Origin: Laetmonice hystrix
Taxonomy: Eukaryota
Reading direction: 5' to 3'
Length of the DNA stretch: 64,000 nt
Assembly: GCA_965235115.1 (NCBI GenBank)
Contig: OZ249441.1
Coordinates: 24,986,001-25,050,000, forward strand
Under the pieces are notes generated by a model, which was not told the origin of the DNA, ran no database searches, and was given only the letters and a program-made list of their open reading frames with translations. Position numbers and translations under genes: made by a program. Below are positions 13,101 to 25,100 of this stretch, piece by piece (positions within the stretch are counted from its first letter, which is position 1; every line of letters begins with the position of its first letter).

Positions 13101-16100
13101 AAGTGTTTTTGCTTCGTTTTGTGTTGTGGAGGTGCCTTGGCGCCGACGATTGTGGCGCCCTCTAACGTTAGATTGCGGCATCTATCCTCGACCGTCCGTC
13201 GACTGTCAGTGAGATGCTCGATCGGAATCAGCCATCCTACTTGGTATTTGGTGCTTTTTAGAGACTTTTGCCCATGCAATTCTTAAAAGAGGCCATATGG
13301 AGCCGAAAACATAAGTATTTACATGCCAGATAAATGGATTGACAATTTTTTGAGTCGTTTACGACAGGGTCGGAGATGTCTTTATTTCTCCTCTGTTCTA
13401 CGACATTGTCGTACAAATTTTAACGCACGACACGGGATGTGGAACACCTTTGTCATTAGTTGACTGTTAACGACAAGCTTAACGCACGACAAGGGGTTCA
13501 GGAACTCACCCCTGACATTGCCATTGCAGGGTCTGGCAAATCTCCCAGAAGTGTGGTTGCCTGCTAAAGCACAAAACTGGTTGCACAACACCTAAACGTG
13601 ATTGTTTGGGAGCTGTTTAAAAACTATTTAAATAAAAAGAATAAAACAAAGTTTCAGTCCCCTACCTTACCAGACACTCCACTTTGTGACCACCAAGATG
13701 ATGATAACCTCGGTTTTATGTGAGTCAGTGAGTTTGGGGTGGACCATCCACTGCAATACTGCCAATAGTCATCTATGTACTAGGTAGGCCTACACAGGCA
13801 TTGTTGAAGTTGCCTGTTGGGCAACCGCTCTGTTCATTCCAGTCGCCCTGGACTGATTTTTTGGCTGTCCCGGGGGCTTGGTCACTCAATTTTGCAGGTC
13901 CTGCAACATAAATAGAGATCATTCTTAAAAGGAATATATTTTCCAGTTTATTTTTAAATTCCTAGGATGACTTAAAATGTGGACTTGACAACCAAGAGTT
14001 GGTGACTCGGCCAAGAACATCCTTGCTGCCCTGATTCTCAGACCTTAACATAGCTTATTGGTAAAATTTCAGGGCAAGACACTCTACCGTGTGCGGTGGG
14101 CCGGATACGGGCCCAACTGGGACACATGGGAACCTATCTCCAACCTTGACAGCTGTAAGGACATGGTCAATCGGTTCACAGCCTCCTGGCATGAACATCA
14201 GCGGCAGCAAGAGGAGGAGGAAGAGGAAGAGGAGGAGGAGGACAGCAAGAAGGTTGCTGCCAGTAGAAATCTGCCAGCCAGGGAGAAAACAAAGGTCAGT
14301 CAGTGCACAGCAGGAGAGGTTAAGGTTATGGTAGAGAAAGCATTGAGTGCTATTCTGCCGTGCAATGACAAAAAGAAGCAAGTCCAACTTTCATCAAAAT
14401 CGACTTAAACCTACAGCAAAAGTTCCTCACTAACGTACCTTTGAACACCAGTAACACCATATAAAGTGTCTAAGGTCACACCGATAAGTGGAACACTGTC
14501 TACGGCGACTTTTTAAAAATACCGCCCGGGTCATTCGCTATTTCCCACGCGAGACAGCGTGAGCTATAGATAATGGCCAAATAGGGTAAACAAACCAATG
14601 AAGCCAGCGGGAGAATGTCTCTACATTTCGGTTGATTATTCCCTTATTAAAGATCAGATAATCACAGAATTGTAGGTAAGAACAAGCTTGTTCATGCTGA
14701 ACACCCTTATATTGATAGTTTGAACTTTTCTATTCCCTTTAAATTAAGTGTAAATTTGGATTCAGGGAAGTAAGTCCTATCTATCAATGGGTGTATTTCT
14801 GCTAAACATCCTTCTATGAAGCTATCAGTCACATGACAGAAGGAAGCATGTCCATCGAACTGCACTGTAAAGACAACTTGTTTATGTCCATTTCTCGAAA
14901 CTTGAACTTTTGTACTTGCTTCCTTTTGTCATTTCACGGCAGTATTTATAACATCAGAAATTGGCTTAATTCTGATGTCGTAGATGTTGAGTAGTATTTA
15001 AATAACAATGCTCAAGTATACGCCGTTAGCAGTTATCAGAAATAAGGCGGTAAATAATAAGAACCTTTTTAGTGAAAGGCCGAAATATCAGCCCAGAATC
15101 TTTTCTTATAGATCTGTATCCTAGACTGATGTTCAATTGTTGATTTCAGGAAGCTATGTCCGACATCAGTGATGATGGGGAAAGTGTCGGCTCTGGGGGT
15201 CAGAGAAGGAAGTCTAAGAAAAATAACTACTTCTATGTCGACCAGGAGGACGACCAAGCAGACACCCTCAAGGACAAGTTTTGGCGTGACCTTGAACAGG
15301 GCAAAATCAACGTGTTTGGAAATGACATGTACTCTAAAGTTAAAGGGCAAGGTCGGTCATCCCGTCCAGCCTCTTTCACAGAGATGTTTAAAAATAGCCC
15401 CTGCCAGGGTACAAGTGATGAAGATCACAAAAAAAAGCGACGAAGACAACTAAAGAGGGAGAATTCTTCCTCTTCACTAGGCAGTAGCACAAAATCTAGG
15501 CGTGCCAAGCGAAAAAAGTCCCGTAGCAGCAGCATGAGCAGCTCAGTGAGTGGCCGACGGGTGTCGGAGGATACCTTGTCACAATACAGTGATACAGGTG
15601 CAGATACTCAACCTACAAGTGCCAAAAGCTGTAGAAATGACAACAATGGCAGTGACAAAAAAGGCAGCAGGGGAAAATTAAAAGGCAGGATTAAATCACA
15701 AAGCGAGGATAACTGGGTGGCTGCAAGCACAGTTGATGGTAGCACATGGCAGGTGAGCCAGGGGAGTAGCAGCGGCAGCAGTAGTGGGAGCGGCAGTGAC
15801 AGCCAACCAGGTGACATTGGTCAGCCCAAGGTTCCTGTTGTGGTGGTGAGGAGAGTTTCTGATGGATTATCAGTGTCCAATATCAAAGAGGAATCGGCTG
15901 AGTACAGGGACACAGCAGGCAGGACCACAGCCCAGGTAGGCACCCATAATCTTTTTTGAATAACCAGCACCAGCAACAGGAAATTTGCTTGGTTCCTCTC
16001 CCTTTGAACTTGAAGATAGATGTTGGTTAAAGAATGGGTTTATCTTGAGGGTTTTTAAAGAACCAGTTAGAAAATAATAATAGTTTGCATGTAATAGGGA

Positions 16101-19100
16101 GGTTGCGCCGGGAGCTTACAAAATTTTACACTAGGTGGCACGTCGAATACGGGTTTCCGGTCAGGTGCGGTTCATTGCAGTCAGGCCAAGGGTTGCGCTT
16201 TCTGTCCAAGTGTACAACTTAAGAACAGAGATTTTTTTCCGCTTAGAGACAAGGCAACACTTGCCTTGGCATAAAATAATTAAAATTCGAGCCCAGAAGA
16301 CACAGAATGCACGATAAAACCGTGTTAGCAATTTAACATTCTATATTGGCCAACTCAGGGATTCAATCTTGCTCAACTAAACTTTCAAGCCAGCGTGACT
16401 GCCAAAGGCAAAGCGACGTGCTCCAACTCTAACGTTAAAGGGGCATATTATGAGGAAACGTTAAAAATAGGTATTTCATAGAACTTTTGCTGTTTTCATA
16501 AAGAGATCCTTCATTAAAATTGCTTAGTAAACAAAGACAGACTTATATATATAAATCAGTTTCATTTTACGTGAGAAATCGAAGTTTATTAAACTCCCTT
16601 GCCCGCTTCTCTGCCGATTTTGTAAAATATTTTTTGGGTGGCATTCTGATGCCGGGCGATCAAGTGCCACTGCTGAATTGTTTACAACTAAGCAAAGCAC
16701 GTGACTAAGCACATGCAGAGAGTGCACACACAGGATGTGACACAGTATGCAATTACACGGGTTGATGGGGGGTTGTCCGCCAAATAATGGCGGGAGATGT
16801 GCTATTGGGAGAAATCTATAGGTTTGGTCGTATAGAACCTACTTGTGCTGCATACGCAGCGAAAACACGTCCGAGGACAAAATGCTGTGGCAGGATTATT
16901 TACTTGGATCCCTAGTACACGGTCATGTTGGATAATTGCCGGAAATCCTCAAAAACGTGTTTCATAGCATGCCCCTTTAACACGATAGAAGTTAGGTTAG
17001 GTAGGCTAAACTAAGTCTACTCTATAAGGTCTAGAGTGGCTTTTTTAAGAAAGTGTATGTAAGGCAACATGTTTCACCCACATGGGTGGGACACACTGTC
17101 AAAAGCATGTTAAAAACTATGATCTTGGCTGCTTCACCGTTCACGCTCAGTGGTAAGCTCCGCAACCGGAAACCCATATTCGACGCGCCATCTAGTGTCA
17201 GATACCGGCAGCGCAACCTCCCTATTGTGCCAGTGTGCTATTTTCAGCAGCTAATTCTCAGTGTATGTAGATAAAAAAAAGTCTTGTTTATCCTCCAGGC
17301 TAAAGACTCGCCACCAAGATCAGCTGCGCCTTACAGTGACACAAAGCGGAGAACAGAATGGGGTGAGTAAAAGAAAGTTCCTTGTGAGTTGTCACATCGG
17401 TCAAAACCGTGGCTCCTTACCTTGTACTAGCTGTGGCAGTAGAGCAACATATTTATATACAAATAAGGTCAGCTCATGACTTTATAGAAACTGCATGTGG
17501 TATTATATTTTGGTGCACATAGAAGAAATCTACAAATGAACCATAAAAAAAGTTTTAAACTTACACAGGTTTTAAAGGTTTAATTCAGGAGCAGCCCATT
17601 CTGTCAAGGCAGTTAACTATATTATCTAGATTGACCACCGTCACGAATCATCACAACGTGTCACCTGCCAAATGGTCTGAGCTGGTCATTCCCCCACATC
17701 TAGTCCCTGTAATAAGGATTTAATTCCAAAAGTTACAGTCACATCTCCATGTCCAGCCGCACTAGTCCTTGCCGACCGTATTCACTGCCCATACGTCGGT
17801 ATGCCTCTGGCCAAGACCGACTTGTATAAAACAGTGCCCATCTGCAGTACCACCGTTTTGTGTATGCATAGGCCATAAAGCTACAGCGTACTTTTCCAAT
17901 ATCAAAATGGTGAATTAGAAAAAAAAAACAGATTTTCGAAAACGGAATTTGACAGGCCCTATATATTTAGCATCTCAGTAATAAATTATATACCTTAGCC
18001 TTAGGGCAGTCTGCAGGATACCGTCTGCACACCTTGCCATTGCAGAGTCTGCAGACAAGTAAGATAGTGCTTGCAACTCTGATTGGCAGCAAGAATACTT
18101 AGTAAATATAAGCTTTCTGTGCAATCCTATGAATAAATGATCAATTAATTATTAATTATTAATTATCAAACACATTGACGAGAGGAAATGTTGGCACATT
18201 GAGATGTACTATTTGAATGATGGAGGGAAGTGATGAATACGGTAGTTGGAGAGGAGTGCTTGCTCACACGTACCGGTGCTCACTGGAGCGTTCAGTTGAC
18301 CTGACCTCAGAGCCCCTCTTACGTGTAATGGTGGCAGGCATTGCCAGTCCCATTACAGCCAGGTAGGCCACGTATCGTCAGTAGAGCCTGATGTTATCCA
18401 TTGATCAGTCCCAGGCCAGGGGCGTGCCAGCCAGCAGACAGCCAGCCCCAGTTAGAAACTACCTGCTAGGATGGAGGTCTGATGTGTTGTGAGGTGCACA
18501 CCTGCACGGCTGGCTACACCTAACAGCCCATTTACTGCTCTTGTAAGCGCCACTACCACCGTGTAATTATGCACAGCTATTGTGGGGGGCTTCATATACC
18601 TGTGGCCTTGTCTGCTGGAGTCGGTTTGGAAAATAGTGTTCAGAGGAGGATTTGATTGGATACAAGGACGTCAAAGCAGTGGTCAGGGTGACGTAGGCAT
18701 TTTATTAGGACCTGTACACGTATGAATTAATTTGAAAGGATGCTCTTTATTCTCTTATCAATATTAGAGAAATGTAACTGAGATTGCTCAAGGTGTTGTG
18801 TGGCCTTCAAACAAACGGAGCTGTGTTGGAACAATGACATAAATTGGTTATACTGGGGTAAAAATGTCGGTTCGGTCTCAGACACTGCAGATTTGAGGCA
18901 GAGAGTGACCAAAGTTCCCGTGTCCCAGGAAACAGTGGCCCTGAGTTAATTCTATTTTTACTGTCCTTTGTACTGTCCTTCGACCTGCTGCCCACCTGTG
19001 CTGCCTTGGTTATTCATCTGGAGCAGCCTGAGGAGTTAGTGTGTCTGTGAGTGGGGTCACCGGTACTAGGTCATATCAGGACAGGGGTCATTTCAGGCTT

Positions 19101-22100
19101 TGGCTCATGTCCCCTGCCAGTGTGGCCAAGCGGTGTTGGTTTTGATGAAGATCCCTATTTGGATGATAATAGGATTCTCAAAGACTGTAAGAGTGTAAAG
19201 TTGTCATTTTGTCTGATTGCGAATCATTGCTTGTCACAGAGCCTGAAACCTCTGGACGCACAAGTAGTCGAACTTACCTTGGCGCTGTAGGATCGGGAGA
19301 TTATGGAGCGTTTGCATGTCAGTTTGTTCCCTCGACACCCACTTTCAAGGTAGGTCCTCCCTATCAGCCCAACCAGGAATTAACAGTTTTTACAATGTTT
19401 TATACGTGTCATATAGAACGTCCCAGTCTGAAACAACAAAATTCATGTCACTGTTTTATGGATAGCATTATATAGTAAGAGTATGATGCACAGTTTCCAG
19501 TGATACAAAGACATGTGATCAACATCAATTGTTGATTGTAGGAAGAGAGTCTAGCTGATCCCTCCCATGGTACATGGACCACATCACCAATCCCAGGTAA
19601 GCCAGACCCAGTCTCTAACTGATAGTCTTCATTAAGAAGTCATTCAAAGTAAACTGCTCGAAATTTGGATGGGTATGGGTAAAATTTTGTTGTGTGATTA
19701 GTGGACAGCTTCTGAGTGCCCAGGCCCCAGGGTAACTGCCCAGGGTCCAGGGCTTGCCAAATCGTCTGCCCGGACGCCCGGGACAACCACTTTGAAGTGG
19801 CGGGCTACCAGCACTTGTCTACCCTAGGTAAAGCCTGGCGGGCAACTGATCTGTAAGAAGCAGTCACTGGCAGTGAGAGCATAAATGTATAGCTGAATAC
19901 GGGAACAGACACCCGGATGGTTACCAAACAGTGTGCCTAGCTGCCTGCCATGTAGGCTGCAGACTCTGAGCCTCCATCAACTCCTGCAACCTTGGATTTA
20001 CTGTTTGAGACACTTAATGACTTGACTGTTTGAGACATTTATTTAAAATGACTTTACATTTACTGTTTGAGAGATTCGCCTTTCTCTTTGACTGGGGAAG
20101 AAATTAATTCCACATGCAAACAAAAATGCCTGTCTGTTTTGCTTTTAAAATGTACCCTCCAAATGGACTAATATAGAAGCAGACTGAAAACATATAAATT
20201 TTAGATGGAATGTGATTATCACATTTCGAGCCCATTCATTAGTATATATTCTATCTCAATTTAGTTGCCTACTTATTATTGTGACAGTGAAACAGTGACA
20301 CTGACAGTGTGTATCTGCACTCACTTTTTTTGGGCACATGGAAATCTCATCCTTAGAAATGAACATTAGGAATTTTCATCCTCAGATGTGAAAATCATTA
20401 GGAATTCTCATCCTCATAGGTTTGCATCTGTGTCGAAGAATTTCTCAACCCTTAGATTGGCGTGTTAGGTGTACCCGGTACTCTCTGATTGAGGGGCTGC
20501 CTAAAGCTCTGATGTTACCTATGCGGTGCAGTCAAACTGATGTCGTTAATCCGTGCTTCATTAAACCGTATATCTCACAATCCGAACACAATTTCTGGTA
20601 ACCTCTTCTACCACTTTCTACTTAAAATGATTCAGTAATCTGTATGTTTCACAATCTGAACACATTTTAATGGGCACCAAACGAGGTCTGACTGTAATTC
20701 AGATTCAGGGAGCGTTTATTCAGTGCAAACTCATGAAACTCTTGCCTAAAGTTATAACTAATGACATTGATAGCCTCATAAATATTTTACTAACAGTAGG
20801 TTAAGACATTCAGCCATGTTATTTTACCATTAGTAGCAGGAGACATGACTGTTTCTTGAGGCAAAAGGCCATGTAGCTGCATGATTCACAACTGTGTTTT
20901 CAATACTAAAATTCTACACAGTTTGGTCAGACCTGATCTGTTCTCTCAGCTCGTGAAAGTGGTTCACTTCTCAGCTGATTCTCACTCACCATTTCTCCAA
21001 ATTGTGCTCTTTTCTTTTAACTTTATTATTGGTTGTCGCGTGTGAATTGCGTTTTGCACTTTGGAATTTTAGATACAGAACTGCTAATATGAAAAGAAAA
21101 TTAGTTTGGATTTCTTTCCTGGTCTAAATGTTTGGCCATATGCACAATGGAAAGATTGTATACATTAATATTGAGAAAGTGCATACTTATAAGTATGGGT
21201 CAGTTCTGGACTTGTGCAGCTGCATTCATTGAGTGAACATATTGAAAAGGTATGCTGTTGACAGCTGTAAGGTTGGTGGTTTTCCCCAGGTAGAGATAAT
21301 CCTTGATTGCTTTAAGCAAACACCGACTATCTCTTATTTCAATGACTCCAAAATGCAGCCATGGGGTAAAGGTTTTCTGATATTTCTTGATGTAGGTATT
21401 CTCATACCTGCAATTCTGAATGTTAACTGCCTTGTGCTGTAATGTTTTGGAGATATAATGAAATTTAGCTTTTTCGTTTATTTGAAAATTTTCCATGTTC
21501 CTGTTCTTTCTCTCTGGCAATACAGTTATGGATACTCGCCGTCGGTATAGTGCACGGGAAAGCGAGAAGTCATCAGTGAACCCTAGCAGCAGATACAGCA
21601 CTCATTACAAACAGTCACAGTTCACACCAGTTCCAGCGGCGAGCTGCAGACAACCAGGCACAGTGGAAGAAATCCGGCAAACGTGGATGAAAAAAGACCC
21701 CAAAATTTTGTCCTGTTCAGTTTTAGTGCGTGATGTGCAAAAGACACAGGGGTCAGGACACAGTTATCCCCAAGAAGATTTACAGAAGCAACCACTAAAA
21801 GAGGAAACACTGGATGAAGATGTGCGTGTCTGTAAAGCTTCAGACAGGCTGGCCACTGGTGCCAGTTCAGGGGACAACACTGAAGAAAACAGTTGTAATA
21901 TAGACAAGAGTATTGGTAAAGACAGGAAGGCTGGGGGTAGCACACCTCCCAGGCCCATCCCTGTACACATCTCAGTGAGCCCAAACACAAACCCAAGGGT
22001 GGTTAAGGAACACCCTGACTTTGAACCAACAGCATCAGCGCAAACTGCCGCTGAACCACGGACTACCATGGAGGGTTCCTGCCCTGAACCAATGTCGAAG

Positions 22101-25100
22101 CCACAACACATGTCCTTGCCCCATCCCATCCCCATACTCGCCCCAGTCACAAAGCCTGCCCCCAGTAACCCTCCACCACAGACTGCCATATATACCCCTA
22201 CCCCAGTCTATACTCCAACCCCAATAGCCAAACTGGCTACTGCCAACCCCTCGACAGCTCACATTGTCGGGGTTTCAATTCCTGACCCTCATTCTCAGCT
22301 CGGGGAGCGAGCCGTCGCCAAACAGTCCCCAAACAAGCCCTCAGATGCTTACATTCCTGGCCAGATCTCGGGGCTTCCCGCTGTCAATGACCAGCTCTCT
22401 ATGCTACCAGAACAGTCCAAGTCCACGTCTGGTGGTACTTGGGAAGAACCTGATTTAAAACCCACCACTGACCACCTCCAGACAAAGAGTGGGACCCAGG
22501 GTGAAAGTTTGGGGAACACAGGACCACTGGTTGAACTGAGAAATCAGTTTGCTGACATCAGAAACTGTTCTTACAGCAGGGAAAAGGGCCTTGACTGGGA
22601 CCGAGAGAATTCAGTCAGAGCCAGGGAGGGAAGTTTCCAACCGAGTCACGATACATTGTACTCCGACCCCAATGGCGGGAGGTTTCAGGGTGGGATCAAG
22701 GTGAGAGGACAAAGTCGAGACCTTCAAGAACACCGTGGTCTGGCAGTGTTGCAGTCCAGGGGCAACGATCCACCCCAAGGATCTGTCGGGCAGGGGTTGG
22801 TGCCACAGAGCTCCAAAACACCCCTTGCTAACAGCGGCCCCCCCGCGCTGACAAGGGTGGACTCGTACGGCCCCCCAACCCCCACTGAACTCCCAGTGTT
22901 TGGGGACGACTCCTTCAATCCCTTCAAGGACGTGGACATGAGATGCTCTGGTTCTAACAACCCAGGACACCCCGTTGCCAGCAGAGCTAGCAATCCCAGT
23001 CAGGGTGGAAACGTCTCGCAGCGCCTCCTACCAGGCTATCCGTACTCGCCCTACCAGGCCACATCCACGGGATCTCCAGCCTGGAGTGTCTCCACACCAA
23101 GCCCTGGTACTCCGGGCAGCTGTTCTGGCACCTCGCAGGCTCTTGGCACACCAGGTGGCAGCAGTAGCAAGCCTGTTGGTAAGAACTGCTTGACCCAGCT
23201 GGCTTTATCCCTGTGTGGTGGGGCGGGGGGAGCAGTGAACCCCTTGCCTTGTATCTTGTCTCTGTACCTGTGTCAGACGCACCTCTGCCTTAATCACTGT
23301 CATCTGCTCCTCACTCCATGCCTTGCACTGGGATCAAGAATTTCAACTAGTAGTGGTAGTACTTATGGGTAGTTGGGCTTGTGCTGCAGGTGATTGTATT
23401 TTTCCTTCCAGTAACAGGAGAAATTTTAGCACACCTTTAGGTCTTAGTAACCCTTACTTGACATGTATGTATCTTGATGCACAGACCTTGGTACTGTCTA
23501 ACTTCTCTCCAAGCAATTTTTTCTCATTTAATGGTTCAGGGGCTCGTTTCACTAAGACTGTATGAGCTTGTATATGGCCTTATACTATTATAGCTCGTAA
23601 ACAAGAAAAAACCCATTCATTTTGCTATTATGATCTATCCTAAAATAGTGTTTAGTGAAACGATCCCCAGGTATCTCGTGTTTGAGCTGTACAGTTCCTG
23701 TACTACTCTTTTTTTTCCCCCCATCTTTGGTTATGGAAATGCTAAATTGCTAACTCTTTCTCTTTTCCATGATGTATCAGTGTGATTTTGTGTGACAAGT
23801 AAATATGTTAGCTTGTGTGCTAAGGTAACTATAAGTATATTTTGACACGTTATTGTTGGCATTTTTGATTTTTTACTTATTAGATTGGAAGACGTTTTGT
23901 AGATCGAAGGATTTACATCATTGGAATGCCAAAGAAAAGCTATAAAATTTAAAGTGTTTTTTTTATTTATAGAGTTAAGACCTGTCGCACGCCTTTCAGC
24001 CATTAACATAAAATTTGCATTCTTTTTTTCAGTTTTTATGACAGCTATACTATTTGGAAAGGAGCAATAGTTTACAGAGCTAGTTTTAACATATTTATTA
24101 ATAAGGACATCCAGTCAAGTTGCTCGTTCTATGATTTTGAGTGTTAATCCATTTGGTATAAAAGTGTTAGGTACTCATTGGTGCAAATTTAAATACTAAG
24201 TGACATCATTAAAATTTCAGGGGACGAAACAGCATTTGATTTTGACCTTACAGAAATAGACCCAGCTATCTGGGAACAGAAGGTGAGTTAAATATAGGGG
24301 TAGGACAACATGTTTTTTGTATAAGTCCAGAGGGTATCTTTACGTACATTTACTGTTAATTAGTTCAGTATGACTGTCCACAGTAAATCTAGTAGCATCA
24401 AAACACAAATATGTTTTCTTAATGTCGATATTAACTGCCAGAATTAACTTCATACTGTGCCCATCATTGGGAGTTATAAGGTACTTGACCCGGCTGTTTA
24501 ATGGGGCATTAAAGAAATGTAATTTTGAAGCTCCTATTTACTGCAGGACTATTGCTGCATATAGTTAAAAATGGTATCATTATTATGAAGCCTTTAGTGA
24601 AATTGGCCTATGGTATTTGTTTGACTGGTATTATTCCTTTCATGTGTGGACAGCAGGAGGAAAGGAAGCCAGATTCCTTAGAAATAAGCAATGGTAAGTC
24701 TGTATTTATTTTTTAATCATTAAAAACAAATATGGTTTGACCAGTTTGTAAAGTCTTCCCTATACAATGTGAATCAGGTAATAAAGAATAAATTAAATGT
24801 ATTCCTCCTGGTTTCAGCTGAGCTGAAAAATGCCGTAAGGAATAATGACTATGAGCGGGTAAGACGAGCCATGCAGAGAAGGAAGCGCTATGACCTTGAG
24901 ATGCGGGACGAGGCTGGCGTGACTTTACTTATGGTAGCAGCAGCCGGAGGATATGACGATGTGCTAGAGTTGCTAGTACTGAATGGGGCCAACATCAATG
25001 CTAGGTCCAAAAATGGCATTACAGCACTTATGTTGGCCTGTGAAAATGTAAGTAAACTGTCTCCTCGTCTAAAATTAGTTACAGGCTGAACTTGCAGTGT

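Noticed and set aside
13527-13903. second hAT-like MITE (CAGGGTCTGGCAAAT...)
   Set aside because: Only 11/15 TIR match and no TSD; probably a relic, but not supportable.
19240-19349. extra MPP8 exon with plausible AG/GT ends
   Set aside because: 110 nt does not reconcile the phases of exons 3 and 4, and the peptide has no MPP8-like features.
21495-23372. 625-aa ORF as a stand-alone gene or TE protein
   Set aside because: It has internal splice sites in phase with the MPP8 exons and no TE domains or termini; treated as an exon.
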